A stretch of 64,000 nt of DNA from an uncultured Gemmatimonadales bacterium. GTDB lineage: Bacteria > Gemmatimonadota > Gemmatimonadetes > Longimicrobiales > RSA9. Below, piece after piece: positions 52,474-62,749 of the stretch. The DNA lies in the NCBI GenBank assembly GCA_963741945.1, contig CAVUKA010000003.1, forward strand, positions 352,001-416,000, given 5' to 3'. The translations under genes were made by a program, and so were the position numbers. A model generated the notes under the pieces. The model saw only the letters and a list, made by a program, of their open reading frames with translations, had not been told where the DNA came from and made no database searches. The number at the start of each line of letters is the position of its first letter. The first letter of the stretch is position 1.

Positions 52474-52749
52474 TCAGTCGAACATCTCGTAGGCCGCGTC
52501 CATGTCGTCGTGCGAATACACGCGGAACGCCACCAGCGTCTCAGTGCGCTCGAGTCCATCGACGCGGGCCACGTGCTCGGTGACGACCTCGGCGATCTGC
52601 TCCCACTCCGGGACCCTCACGATGGCGATCAGGTCCCACTCCCCCGAGACGGAGTAGACTTCGGCCACCCCTTCGATGTCCGCCACCTGCCGCGCCGCCG
52701 TCGGGATCGATTCCCGCCGGGCCCGGATCAGAACCACTGCGGCTACCAT
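52474..52749 (-). CDS. Stand-alone Lrp/AsnC ligand-binding (RAM) domain protein
   Basis: AVVLI, VAEVYSVSGEWDL, TETL; no HTH. Confidence 0.88.
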   Translation of the reverse strand: MVAAVVLIRARRESIPTAARQVADIEGVAEVYSVSGEWDLIAIVRVPEWEQIAEVVTEHVARVDGLERTETLVAFRVYSHDDMDAAYEMFD

Positions 52750-52868
52750 ATCCGCCTCCCGCTGCGATATACGTGCTGCCGGCGCGAAGTTAGCCGCGGC
52801 TTCGGGACGCCCGCAAGCCGCGCCCCGGCCTTGCGAGGCGGCGGCGGTGCGGGGATCTTTCCGCCCTC

Positions 52869-53789
52869 ATGTCCGCTCCCGTACTCACCCCCGGACCAAA
52901 CGCGCGGTCGATGCGGCAGGCCGAGATCGGCCTGTTGCTCATGGTCGTGCTCTGGGCCGTGAACTTCCCGGTCATCAAGATCGGCCTCGCGGCCGTGCCG
53001 CCGTACGCGTTCAACGCGCTGCGATTCCCGCTGGCCGCACTGCTGCTCGGGGCCGTGCTCCTGGCCCGGGACGGCCTGGTGCTGCCCGAGCGGGGAGATG
53101 TGACGAAGGTCGTGGTGCTGGGCATCATCGGCAACTTCGTCTACCAGCTCCTCTTCATCTCCGGGCTCGACCGCTCCCGTGCCGGGAACGCGAGCGTGTT
53201 GCTCAACACGTCGCCGATCTACACCGTGCTGTTCAGCTCTCTGCTGGGCCACGAGCGGATCCGGGCGATCGCATGGGGCGGCATTGCTGCCACGGTGGCC
53301 GGTATCGCCCTGGTGGTGGGGAGCGGGGAGGGCGGCTTCCGGTTCAGCACGGCGACGCTGCCCGGGGACCTGATGATGCTTTCGGCCGCGATCATCTGGG
53401 CCATCTACACGGTCGGCTCGCGCAACCTGGTGCGGAAGTACGGCTCTGTCCCGGTCACGGCCTGGACGCTCTGGTCGGGGGCGGTGCTTCTGGTGCTGGT
53501 CGGAATCCCGGAGCTGCGCAGCATGGATTCTTCGATCCCGTTCTCGGCGTGGGGCAGCCTGGTCTATGCCGGGTTCCTCGGACTCGGCCTCTCGTATCTG
53601 CTCTGGTACCGGGGCGTCCACGTGCTCGGCAACACGCGGACGGCCGCGTTCGGGAACCTGGTACCGGTGCTCACGATCCTTCTGGCGTGGCCCATGCTCG
53701 GAGAGGTCCCCAATGTCTGGCAGATCGTGGGGGCCATGGTGATCATTGCGGGAATCAGCGTCGTCAGGCGCGTCACGGAGGCGGCGTGA
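52869..53789 (+). CDS. DMT/EamA family transporter
   Basis: About 10 TMs, LWAVNF, ALRF, GDLMML, NLVPV, LGE. Confidence 0.92.
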   Translation: MSAPVLTPGPNARSMRQAEIGLLLMVVLWAVNFPVIKIGLAAVPPYAFNALRFPLAALLLGAVLLARDGLVLPERGDVTKVVVLGIIGNFVYQLLFISGLDRSRAGNASVLLNTSPIYTVLFSSLLGHERIRAIAWGGIAATVAGIALVVGSGEGGFRFSTATLPGDLMMLSAAIIWAIYTVGSRNLVRKYGSVPVTAWTLWSGAVLLVLVGIPELRSMDSSIPFSAWGSLVYAGFLGLGLSYLLWYRGVHVLGNTRTAAFGNLVPVLTILLAWPMLGEVPNVWQIVGAMVIIAGISVVRRVTEAA

Positions 53790-55060
53790 TGTCTCCCACC
53801 CATCCGCGGCCCACGGGAATGGACCGGGTGCGGAACACGCTCCGGGAGTTCGGCCTGACGGCCGGGACGCTGGGAACGACATCCGCCCAGACGGCCATGG
53901 TGGCGTTGCTCCCGATCCTGCTGGCGCGCTACACGAACTCGGCCGTGCTCATCGGCTTCGCCATCGGCGGCGAGGGGATCCTGGCGATGCTGGTGCCGTA
54001 CTGGGTCGGCGCGGCCAGCGACCACCTATCTCCGCGACTGGCGGAGCGGTTCGGCCGTCGCACGTTCTTCCTGCTGGTCAGCGCGCCCGTGCTCGCGGCG
54101 TCCGTGGTCGTAGCGCCGCTGCTGCACGGGTACTGGCCGATCGCGGGCGCCGCGTTCGTCTTCTTCTTCGCCCTGCACGGCTACCTGGCGCCGCTGTGGG
54201 CGCTCATGGTGGACGAAGTGCCGCAGGAACGGCGCGGCCGGGTCCAGGGAGTGCGTGGTGCGCTCCACTCCATGGGGCTGGCGTTCGGGCTGGTGGCCGG
54301 CGGCCTCCTCTTCTCGATCTGGGAGCCGCTGCCGTTCGTCACGGCCGCGGCACTGGTCCTGGTCACGACGGCCATCACCTATTACTCGGCCCCGCGCTCG
54401 TCGGCGGCCGTGACCCAGGGTGACACGTCGGACGTGCTGAAGGTCTGGCGTCGTCTGAAGGGACGGCCGGCCGTGGGCTGGATGTTGCTGGCGAACGCAC
54501 TCTGGACCAGCGGTGTGGACGGGATCCGCCCTTACATCTTCCTGTTCGCCACGGTGGTGCTGGGGATCACAGTGGCCCAGACGTCGCTGCTGCTCACGGT
54601 GGTGGTGGTGGGTGTGGGACTGGGCGCGCTGACGCTGGGATATCTCGGGGACAAGCTGGGCCACGCCAAGCTGCTGGGCATCGGCGTCGCCATCACCGGC
54701 GCGGCCATGGTCGCGGGGTTCTTCGTCCGGAGCTGGATTCCGGCCGTGGGACTCATGCTCTTCGCCGGTCTGGGCGCGGCCACTCAGGTCTCGCTGGCCT
54801 ACCCTCTGTACACGTCCATGATCCCCGACAGGGGTATAGGGCGGGACACGGGGCTCTACATCGTCACCATCGGTGTGGGCCGGATCGTCGCACCGGTGGT
54901 GATCGGCGCCGCCATCGACCTGGGCCGCTCCACGTTGCCCGAGACGAAAGGTTATCCGTACATGTGGCCGATCGCGGGCATGCTCACGCTGCTCGGGTTG
55001 GCAGCGCTCACGCGGTCGATGCACCACGCCCGCCGCTCGCCGCGGCTGGACCCGACCTGA
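53789..55060 (+). CDS. MFS transporter (GPH/sugar-like)
   Basis: GAASD...RFGRR and GYLGDKLG motif A; about 12 TMs; overlaps the EamA stop. Confidence 0.88.
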   Translation: MSPTHPRPTGMDRVRNTLREFGLTAGTLGTTSAQTAMVALLPILLARYTNSAVLIGFAIGGEGILAMLVPYWVGAASDHLSPRLAERFGRRTFFLLVSAPVLAASVVVAPLLHGYWPIAGAAFVFFFALHGYLAPLWALMVDEVPQERRGRVQGVRGALHSMGLAFGLVAGGLLFSIWEPLPFVTAAALVLVTTAITYYSAPRSSAAVTQGDTSDVLKVWRRLKGRPAVGWMLLANALWTSGVDGIRPYIFLFATVVLGITVAQTSLLLTVVVVGVGLGALTLGYLGDKLGHAKLLGIGVAITGAAMVAGFFVRSWIPAVGLMLFAGLGAATQVSLAYPLYTSMIPDRGIGRDTGLYIVTIGVGRIVAPVVIGAAIDLGRSTLPETKGYPYMWPIAGMLTLLGLAALTRSMHHARRSPRLDPT

Positions 55061-55074
55061 GGAGGGACGACGGC

Positions 55075-56190
55075 ATGAGCCCTGGCCCGCACGACGCCGA
55101 TCGGCCCGGCCCACCCCCACCCCTGCGGCCGGCGGAGCGCCTCGACCCGAGCATCTTCCACCTCCCCGTGGAGCGGATGCGCAGCGGCTATTACTCGGAC
55201 AAGTACTTCGTACGCGCCAGGGAAGTTCTCATTGCCGATGGCCACGACCCCGTGGTCACGATGCAGGTGTTCCAGAAGAAGGCGGCATGGCTGGGCGGGA
55301 TGGATGAGGCCATTGCCATCCTCAAGCTGTGCCTGACCGAGGGGTACGGGTGGAAGGACCTGGAAGTGCGCGCACTCCACGACGGCGACCGGATCAGCGC
55401 GTGGGAGACAGTGCTCGAGATCACCGGTCCCTACGCCGCGTTCTCCCACCTGGAGACGCTCTTCGTGGGAGTGCTGGCCCGCCGGACGGGCGTGGCGACG
55501 AACACGCGCGAGGTGGTGGAGGCCGCGTGGCCGAAGACGGTGATGTTCTTCCCCGCGCGGCACGACCACTGGCTGGTGCAGACGGGCGACGGGTACGCCG
55601 CGCACATCGCGGGGGCAATCGGGGTATCGACGGACGCGCAGGCTTCCTGGTGGGGCTCCGAGGGGCTGGGCACGGTGCCGCACGCCCTGATCGCGGCGTA
55701 CGCCGGGGATACCGTCCGCGCCTCGGAAGCGTTCGCGCGTCACATGCCGGCGGAAGTCGGCGTCATTGCCCTCGTGGACTTCGAGAACGACTCGGTGCGC
55801 ACCTCGCTGGCCGTGGCCCGCGCGCTGGGCAGTCGGCTGCACGGCGTGCGGCTGGACACGTCGGAGAGCATGGTGGATGAGTCGATCCGAGCGGCGATGG
55901 GCGACTTCGACCCGCGGGGCGTGAACCCGCAGCTCGTGCACAACGTCCGCGATGCGCTGGACGCGGAAGGGTTCCAGCACGTGGAGATCGTGGTGTCGGG
56001 CGGGTTCACGGCGACCAAGATCCGGCACTTCGAGCGCCTTGGCGTTCCCGTGCAGAGCTATGGTGTGGGCTCGTCGCTCTTCCGGGACCGGTTCGACTTC
56101 ACCGCGGACGTGGTCCGGCTGGCAGGTGAGCCGATGGCGAAAGTGGGGCGTCGCTACCGCGCCAACCCGCGGCTCGAGAACGTGGACTGA
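55075..56190 (+). CDS. Nicotinate/quinolinate phosphoribosyltransferase (type II PRTase)
   Basis: SDKYF, FPARH, GTVPHAL, LVDF, GVRLDTS, VSGG, YGVGS. Confidence 0.88.
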   Translation: MSPGPHDADRPGPPPPLRPAERLDPSIFHLPVERMRSGYYSDKYFVRAREVLIADGHDPVVTMQVFQKKAAWLGGMDEAIAILKLCLTEGYGWKDLEVRALHDGDRISAWETVLEITGPYAAFSHLETLFVGVLARRTGVATNTREVVEAAWPKTVMFFPARHDHWLVQTGDGYAAHIAGAIGVSTDAQASWWGSEGLGTVPHALIAAYAGDTVRASEAFARHMPAEVGVIALVDFENDSVRTSLAVARALGSRLHGVRLDTSESMVDESIRAAMGDFDPRGVNPQLVHNVRDALDAEGFQHVEIVVSGGFTATKIRHFERLGVPVQSYGVGSSLFRDRFDFTADVVRLAGEPMAKVGRRYRANPRLENVD

Positions 56191-56253
56191 AGCCCGTCCG
56201 GGCCCGCATACGCGACGCGTAGAGCAGGCCCTCCCCCGGGGACGGGCCGCTGG

Positions 56254-57303
56254 CTACCAGCGGGCGCGCTTCCCCCGCACGTCGATGTGGATGAACGGCC
56301 CGTGGACGCCGTTGTCGTGGTAGATGCCCGCGCCGCCCACGAGGTCCGGATGGCGAGCCTCCACCCGCTCCACGGCCCGGAGCACCACGCGCGCATCGCC
56401 GGTATCCCGCCGCCCATCCCCGTTCAGGTCATCCATGTACCAGTCACTGTCGTTGTCGACCCAGACGTCGGCGGCGTCGCCGTACTGGTGGCGACTGAGG
56501 ACGGCCCGGCCGCTGGAAAGCCCCTTGCGGTTGTACTGCGGCGTGCGGAACCCGCTCATGACCACCATGTGCCGAGCCGGGGCGCCGTCGCGATCCAGCT
56601 GCTGCATGACCAGCTCCAGCTTGTCCAGCAGACGCTCGTCCAGCACCACATACTTGGGCCAGGTCGCGCCCTGGTCGTGCGTCAGGAAATTTGCGAGCGT
56701 GAAATGCTCACTCAGCCGCAGCCCCTCGTTCTCCGGAGTCACCCGGATGAAACCGGCGGGCGGGGCATAGCGGTCGCTCCGGCGCTCCCCTTCCGTCGGC
56801 CATGTCCCCATGAAGTAGCTCCCCAGGTAGCCGCGCCGCTTCTCCCGGAACGGGATGCGGACGATCAGGCGGAAGTCGGAAGCGAACGCGCGCCGGGCCT
56901 CGCCGTCGCCGAGCTCGAGCTCGTACACGCCCGGCTGGGAGGGCGCGACGGCCGCATCGGCGGGGCCCAGTGCCCCTTCGTTGCCGCTCGCCTCGGTTCC
57001 GAGGACCGGCCGCCAGCGATAGTGGACCCCGTCCGGCCGAGAGGCGTCCCACGCCAGCGGCAGCGATACCAGCGCGCCGGCATCGACGATCCGGGCGTGC
57101 AGCGATCCGCTCGTTCCGCGAGCGGCGGCATCGAGTCGGACCGGCAGCCCTGCGAGGCCAGCGTCGCCGGAGTCGCCCGCGACGGGCGTCGCGGGCCGGA
57201 CACCCCGGAGCGCCGGCGCGGGCGCCCACGCCAGTGCGGCTCCCCCGGAAAGCAGGGCGATCGTGGCGAGGGTCCGCCGAATCGGGCGCGCGTTGGCGAG
57301 CAT
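56254..57303 (-). CDS. Secreted peptidase M15-like (LAS) metallopeptidase
   Basis: SGFRTPQYN, SRHQYGDAAD (Hx6D), FIHIDVRG. Confidence 0.85.
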   Translation of the reverse strand: MLANARPIRRTLATIALLSGGAALAWAPAPALRGVRPATPVAGDSGDAGLAGLPVRLDAAARGTSGSLHARIVDAGALVSLPLAWDASRPDGVHYRWRPVLGTEASGNEGALGPADAAVAPSQPGVYELELGDGEARRAFASDFRLIVRIPFREKRRGYLGSYFMGTWPTEGERRSDRYAPPAGFIRVTPENEGLRLSEHFTLANFLTHDQGATWPKYVVLDERLLDKLELVMQQLDRDGAPARHMVVMSGFRTPQYNRKGLSSGRAVLSRHQYGDAADVWVDNDSDWYMDDLNGDGRRDTGDARVVLRAVERVEARHPDLVGGAGIYHDNGVHGPFIHIDVRGKRARW

Positions 57304-57373
57304 CACGTCTCCTTTGCTGTCCTTCTCATGCGGTCGCGCCAGGCGACCAGGCGGAGTCAAAGCCGTCCGCGGG

Positions 57374-58411
57374 TCAGCTCCCGGGCCGGATCTCGAGCAG
57401 GTCGAGCACCGGCGCGCCCGTCAGAGCGGAGCTGGCGGTGCGGACCCTGGCGAGGATTCGGACCTGCTGCAGCGGCTCCAGCTTCTTCGCGGCATCCAGC
57501 CGGTCCGGTGGTACGGCGACGTAGACGAACCCCGCGTCGTCGCCCGGGAGCCGGGCGAGGATGAACGGCTCGCCTTCGACGAAATCCCGCCGGAAAGCCT
57601 CGGCGGACTGCAGCGCGATGAACTGGATTGTCCATTGTACCAGTGAGCCGCGGAATCGATCCGGGTCAGCCTGAAGGGCGGCGCGGTCGGCGGCGGACGC
57701 CATCGCGCTCGCGGCCGTGTCGTCGCCCGCGAGCGCAGCCGCGGGGACCCACCCCTCGATTCTGACGCGAGCCCACTGCCCTTGCCGCGCGAGCACTTCC
57801 ACGGTCCCCCGGGGGCGGACGGCGGCCAGCGTGTCACCCGTCGGATCCGCGAGAATGGCGATAGAGCGTCGCCCCACCCGTACGAAGCCGCGCTCGCCCC
57901 GGTCGGCCGACGACGCCGTTGCGGAGGCCGCGGTATCCGCGCGGACCGGCGGGGCGGACGGTCCGGGCTCGGCGCCGGCGGCGACCTGGCCGCCTGGCGC
58001 CGCGGGCGCGAGCTGCAGCGACGGTTCCCAGATCCACCCGCTCCGCCGCACCCGGATCCACGGTCCGCTCGTCTTCACGTGGTCCAGACCCGCGCCCGGC
58101 CGCAGTCGGGCGGCGACCGGACCGTTCGGGCTCGCGCGCAGGTTCTCGCCCGCTGCCGCCGAGACCGCGAGGTCGTGCCCGTCGCGCGCCTCCTTGCGCA
58201 CCGATGCGGCCCAGATCCAACCCTCGAGCGTGACCTCCCGCCAGCGGCCCTGGCGCTCGCCGGGCGCGAGCTCGATGCCCTTCCGGACCGACGCCAGCAC
58301 CGCGGCCGATGGCGCCACCCTGAAGTTCTCGCTGTCCGGCACCACCGTAGCGCTCTGAGCGGTTGCGCCGGCGCGCGGGAACAGGAGGGCGAAAGCGACA
58401 AATGTCGCCAT
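57374..58411 (-). CDS. Secreted protein with three SH3b-like repeats
   Basis: ENFRVAP...GRWREVTLEGWIW; ENLRASP...GPWIRVRRSGWIW; ...GQWARVRIEGWVP. Confidence 0.75.
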   Translation of the reverse strand: MATFVAFALLFPRAGATAQSATVVPDSENFRVAPSAAVLASVRKGIELAPGERQGRWREVTLEGWIWAASVRKEARDGHDLAVSAAAGENLRASPNGPVAARLRPGAGLDHVKTSGPWIRVRRSGWIWEPSLQLAPAAPGGQVAAGAEPGPSAPPVRADTAASATASSADRGERGFVRVGRRSIAILADPTGDTLAAVRPRGTVEVLARQGQWARVRIEGWVPAAALAGDDTAASAMASAADRAALQADPDRFRGSLVQWTIQFIALQSAEAFRRDFVEGEPFILARLPGDDAGFVYVAVPPDRLDAAKKLEPLQQVRILARVRTASSALTGAPVLDLLEIRPGS

Positions 58412-58622
58412 GGCGGAGGTGCCGCGAGTCACCACGTCGTCCAAGCCTCTGTCATCCAGCGGGTTAGAAGGTGAACGAGCAAGCTTACGACGCGGCGGTG
58501 AGCGCGTCAACGCGGCCGGAGGTCCTCGCTTGCGTGCCCCGGGCACCGATTCTAGCTTCCGCGCACCGAGCACGCGGCCAGGACATGCCGCTTTCCCAGG
58601 AGCCGAGCCGATTCCCGTGAGC

Positions 58623-59345
58623 ATGCGCAGGACCCTCGCAGCCGTCGCCGCGCTGGCGGCCCTCGTCGCCGCCGCCAGGCCGACCGCAGCGCAGACAATC
58701 CCGTCTCCCTACGACTTCGTGGAGACCTCCCAGAGCGTACAGCTCTACGGGACCTACATCTCCGCCGGGCAGGGTTCGATCGGGATCGGACCCGCGTCCG
58801 GGGCGGCGCTGGCGGTGGGCTACGCGGTCCGGGTCACCGGCCCGTTCGAGTTCGACACCCGCCTCACCTTCTTCCCGACCACCCGCACCGTCTACGACCT
58901 GGCCGCCGAGCAGCCGGATACGGCGACGCTGCGCGCCAACCCCATGGCCGGCCTCGAATCGCTCGGTACCGCAGACCTCTCCCTCGTGCTGCTCGATGCA
59001 TCGCTGCGCTTCGACCTGACGGGGCCCCGCACGTGGCACCGCCTCCAGCCGTTCGCCCTCATCGGCGTCGGCGGCGTGGTGAAGGTGTCCAGCAACAATT
59101 CGGTGGAAGAGAACCTGCCCACGGACGTGGATCTGCGCGTCCGCTTCCACGACGGCTTCACGGGGCACGTGGGGGCCGGTGTCGAATGGCACGCCAGCGA
59201 CCACATCAGCGCCCGCTTCGACGCCCGCGACCTGCTGTGGAAGATCCACGTCCCGCAGGGCTTCATCGACGCCGGTCGGCTCATCAGCTCCGACGAGTGG
59301 GTGCAGACGGTGCACCTGAACCTGGGGCTGGTGGTGCGCTTCTAG
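58623..59345 (+). CDS. Outer-membrane beta-barrel protein
   Basis: Signal peptide AAQ, alternating beta strands, GHVGAGVEW, C-terminal LGLVVRF. Confidence 0.78.
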   Translation: MRRTLAAVAALAALVAAARPTAAQTIPSPYDFVETSQSVQLYGTYISAGQGSIGIGPASGAALAVGYAVRVTGPFEFDTRLTFFPTTRTVYDLAAEQPDTATLRANPMAGLESLGTADLSLVLLDASLRFDLTGPRTWHRLQPFALIGVGGVVKVSSNNSVEENLPTDVDLRVRFHDGFTGHVGAGVEWHASDHISARFDARDLLWKIHVPQGFIDAGRLISSDEWVQTVHLNLGLVVRF

Positions 59346-59418
59346 GCCACCTCGGCGAAAAGCGGCGGCACCGGCGTTGCGTCGTCCTACTCCGGATCAC
59401 CCACCCGGAGGCGACGCA

Positions 59419-59901
59419 ATGGCGGATTACGAAGGCTCAGTGAACCTGGACCAGATGACGGATGAGGACGTCTGTGACCTGGTGCAGGAGCGGCTGAAGG
59501 AGGACGAGGAGTTCGACGCCGACAACGTGGAGGTCTCGATTTCCGACGGTCGGCTGGTGGTGGACGGGCGCGTGGGCACGGAGGGCGAGCGGCAGTACGT
59601 GGACCAGGTGCTGAGCGCTCTCGGCGCCACGGATTTCGAGAACAACGTGGTGGTGGACGAGCTGCGGCGGGGCGAGCGCTCGGAAGCGGCCGACATCGCG
59701 CACATGGAGGACGTCGCGAATCAGGCGCCGCTGGGGGAGTCAGCGAAGAGCGCGTCCGACACGGCGGACCACCGCCTCGGCGAGGAAGCGCCGGAGCTCT
59801 ACGGCACGCAGGACATGAAGAAGGCCATCCAGGAGGGGGACACGTACAACCCCCCCACGGGCCCGGTGCAGGAGGGTGTGCGCGGCGACGAGAACCACTG
59901 A
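59419..59901 (+). CDS. BON domain protein with acidic tail
   Basis: TDEDV..VQERL..D, VEVSISDGRLVVDGRV, ENNVVV; GGAGG RBS. Confidence 0.78.
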   Translation: MADYEGSVNLDQMTDEDVCDLVQERLKEDEEFDADNVEVSISDGRLVVDGRVGTEGERQYVDQVLSALGATDFENNVVVDELRRGERSEAADIAHMEDVANQAPLGESAKSASDTADHRLGEEAPELYGTQDMKKAIQEGDTYNPPTGPVQEGVRGDENH

Positions 59902-59950
59902 AGACCGCCGCGCTGGACGTCTTTCCCCCGGACGATGGCGGCGCCATTGG

Positions 59951-59978
59951 TTGAGGCGACCCGGGCGCCGGCTATATT
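59951..59978 (+). promoter_or_regulatory. Candidate promoter of fdhD-mobA-moeA (leaderless)
   Basis: TTGAGG-16bp-TATATT, 6 nt before ATG 59985. Confidence 0.55.
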
Positions 59979-59984
59979 CAGCCC

Positions 59985-60716
59985 ATGACCCGGAACGTGC
60001 GCGCAGTACCCGAAGACCCCGTGCGGCTGACCGTGAACGGCGGCATCGTCGCCACGTGGAGCTGTTCGCCCGACGCCCTGGAAGCGCTCGGCGCCGGCCG
60101 CCTCCTGACGCTCGGCTTCATCCGCGATCGCCGCGACCTGCTGGAGCTGGACGTCCCCGGGGCGACCGACGGCATCCTCCGCATCGAGGCCCGCGTCGCC
60201 CCGGAGCGGGCGATGGCGGCGGCGGCGGAGCGCGACCACCGGCGCGCGCACGGCTGTGGGCTGCGCTACCTGGTCGACTGCCGCAGCGACCTCCTCCCCG
60301 CCCGTGGTCCGGCGGCGGCGGGAGCGCCAGGCGCCGACGCGGCGAGAGAGCTGTTCCGGGAGTTGATGGAGCGCTCGCCCAGCCGGCAGGGCGCCGGCGG
60401 GCACCACACCGCCGCCCTCAGTGATGGCGAGCGGCTGGTGTACGTGTTCGAGGAGGTGGGGCGGCACAACGCGGCCGACAAAGTGATCGGCGCCGCACTG
60501 CTGGACGACGTGCCGCTGGAGCGCCACGGCCTGGTCACCAGCGCGCGGATCAGCGGGGAAATGGCAGAGAAAGCAGCCCGGGCCGGGCTCGGCTGGGTGG
60601 CCAGCCGCTCCGTCCCCACCACGCTCGCGGTCGCCATCGCCGCGGCCGCCCGCGTGCCCTTGCTGGCGCGCGCCCCCTCCCCCGACGCCCGGCTCTTCGA
60701 TCCGGGGGTGGCGTGA
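59985..60716 (+). CDS. fdhD: Formate dehydrogenase accessory sulfurtransferase
   Basis: EDPVRLTVNG, GCG, GGHHTAAL, EVGRHNAADKVIG, RISGEM, PTTLA. Confidence 0.9.
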   Translation: MTRNVRAVPEDPVRLTVNGGIVATWSCSPDALEALGAGRLLTLGFIRDRRDLLELDVPGATDGILRIEARVAPERAMAAAAERDHRRAHGCGLRYLVDCRSDLLPARGPAAAGAPGADAARELFRELMERSPSRQGAGGHHTAALSDGERLVYVFEEVGRHNAADKVIGAALLDDVPLERHGLVTSARISGEMAEKAARAGLGWVASRSVPTTLAVAIAAAARVPLLARAPSPDARLFDPGVA

Positions 60717-61348
60717 CGCCGTTCGGCGCCATCCTGGCCGGAGGCGAGAGCAGCCGGTACGGCTCCCCCAAAGCGCTGGCCCGAGTGGGCGGCGTGCGGA
60801 TCATCGACCGCGTGGCCGCGGCTCTCGGGGCCGTGACGCCGGATCTCGTACTGCTGGCCAACGAGCCGGCGCTCTTTCCCGACCTCCGGCTCCCCACGCG
60901 CCCGGACGTGCACCGCGGGCTGGGCGCGCTGGGCGGGATCCATTCCGCACTGGTGTGGGCCCGGGAGTCGGAGCGGCCCGGGATCATTGCCGTGGCGTGC
61001 GACATGCCGTTCCCCTCCACGCCGCTGCTGCGCAGGCTCCGGGATGTCGCGTTCGGGCGTGGCGGCGCCCCGCCCTCCGGCGGCCCGGACCTGGTGGTGC
61101 CGGAGAGCCAGGGACGGCGGGGGATCGAGCCGCTGTTCGCCGCGTACGGCATCGGGTGCCTCGACGCCATCGAAGCCAGGATCCGGGCGGGCGATCACCG
61201 GATGGTCTCGTTTCACGACGATGTCCGCGTGGAGCGCATCCCGCTGGCGGAGGTGTCCTCCATGGGTGATCCGACGAAGATGTTCCTGAACGTAAACACG
61301 CCCGAGGATCGGGACCGGGCCGAGCACGTGCTGGAGGAACTGGAATGA
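60713..61348 (+). CDS. mobA: Molybdenum cofactor guanylyltransferase
   Basis: ILAGGESSRYG.PKA, ACDMPF, EPLFA, NVNTPED. Confidence 0.95.
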   Translation: MTPFGAILAGGESSRYGSPKALARVGGVRIIDRVAAALGAVTPDLVLLANEPALFPDLRLPTRPDVHRGLGALGGIHSALVWARESERPGIIAVACDMPFPSTPLLRRLRDVAFGRGGAPPSGGPDLVVPESQGRRGIEPLFAAYGIGCLDAIEARIRAGDHRMVSFHDDVRVERIPLAEVSSMGDPTKMFLNVNTPEDRDRAEHVLEELE

Positions 61349-62661
61349 GCCGACGCCAGAGCGATGTGGACTGGTCCGGCCGTACGGCCGACTGGATCTC
61401 TGTCCGCGAGGCCGTGGAGCGCGGCCTGGCCGCGGTCGACGTCACCCCCGCGGAGGAGGTGCTTCTCCAGGAGTCGCTGGGCCGCGTCCTGGCGGAGGAC
61501 GTGACGTCGCCCGTGAACCAGCCGCCCTGGGACAACAGTGCCATGGACGGCTACGCCGCACGCGCCGATGACCTCGCCGGCGCATCTGCCGAGCACCCGG
61601 TCCGGCTGCGCGTGGTGGACCAGATCCCCGCCGGTGGGTTCCCCTCCCGACCGATCGGAGCGGGCGAGGCGGTCAAGATCATGACCGGTGCCCCCGTGCC
61701 CGAGGGCGCCGATTCCGTGATCCGGGTCGAGCACACGGATGCGGGTGACCAAACGGTCACCATCACCAGCGACTCCGACGCGCGCAGCAACATCCGCCGC
61801 CGTGGCGAGGACCTGGTGGAAGGCGACCTCGCGCTGGCCGCCGGCACCGCCATCGACCCCGCCGCCATGGGCGTTCTCGCCATGGTGGGGCGCGCACGGC
61901 CCCGCGTCCACCGCCGACCCGTCATCGCCGTGCTGTCCAATGGCGACGAGCTCGCGTCGCTCGACGAGTTCGACGACGTCCTCGCCGGGCGCCGCATCGT
62001 CAACTCCAACTCCTATTCCCTCGCCGGCGCCATCGCCGCCACCGGCGCCGTGCCCAGGCTCCTCGGCATCGCCCGCGACGACATGGCGGATATCCGGGCG
62101 AAGATCGAGCTGGCGCTCGACGCCGACGCGCTCATCACCACCGCGGGCGCCGCCGTGGGCCAGCACGACCGCGTCAAGGACGCCCTCGACCAGCTCGGCT
62201 TCGAGCTCGACTTCTGGCGCGTGCGCATGCGACCCGGCAGCCCCGGCTCGCTGGGGCGGATCCCCCGGCCGGACCTCCCTCCGCTCCCCGTCTGGGGACT
62301 CCCAGGCAACCCCGTTTCCGCCCTCGTCACCTACATGGTGCTCGCCCGCCCCGCCGTGCGTCGCATGATGGGACGCGCCGATGTCCACAATGCCGTAATC
62401 CCCGTCGAGGCGGGCGCCCGCATCCCGTCCAAGCCCGACAAGACGCACTTCCAACGCGTGACGCTCGAGCCGGGCGACCCCTTCCCGCTGGCCCGCACCA
62501 CCGGCCCGCAGGGTTCCGGAATCCTCACGTCCATGAGCCGTGCCGCCGCGCTGTTCGTCGTTCCGGAAGGCCGGGCCAGAATGGACACGGGCGAGCGGTC
62601 CGTCGCCATTCCCGTTTCCGGTCCGGACCCCGCTTCGGACGTGTACGGCCTGCCGGATTGA
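61345..62661 (+). CDS. moeA: Molybdopterin molybdotransferase
   Basis: GRVLAED, SAMDGYA, IMTGAPVP, GDEL, NSNS, GLPGNP. Confidence 0.96.
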   Translation: MSRRQSDVDWSGRTADWISVREAVERGLAAVDVTPAEEVLLQESLGRVLAEDVTSPVNQPPWDNSAMDGYAARADDLAGASAEHPVRLRVVDQIPAGGFPSRPIGAGEAVKIMTGAPVPEGADSVIRVEHTDAGDQTVTITSDSDARSNIRRRGEDLVEGDLALAAGTAIDPAAMGVLAMVGRARPRVHRRPVIAVLSNGDELASLDEFDDVLAGRRIVNSNSYSLAGAIAATGAVPRLLGIARDDMADIRAKIELALDADALITTAGAAVGQHDRVKDALDQLGFELDFWRVRMRPGSPGSLGRIPRPDLPPLPVWGLPGNPVSALVTYMVLARPAVRRMMGRADVHNAVIPVEAGARIPSKPDKTHFQRVTLEPGDPFPLARTTGPQGSGILTSMSRAAALFVVPEGRARMDTGERSVAIPVSGPDPASDVYGLPD

Positions 62662-62672
62662 AGGAACCGCGA

Positions 62673-62749
62673 CGTGGGCTCCGGCCGTGGGCTCCGGCCG
62701 TGGGCTCCGGCCGTGGGCTCCGGCCGTGGGCTCCGGCGTGGCCTCCGGC
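62673..62749 (+). repeat. 13-bp tandem repeat CGTGGGCTCCGGC, five perfect copies plus one degenerate
   Basis: Copies start at 62673, 62686, 62699, 62712 and 62725; degenerate copy at 62738-62749. Confidence 0.95.

Noticed and set aside
62673..62749. CRISPR array
   Set aside because: Units are 13 bp, contiguous, without spacers, and no cas genes are present
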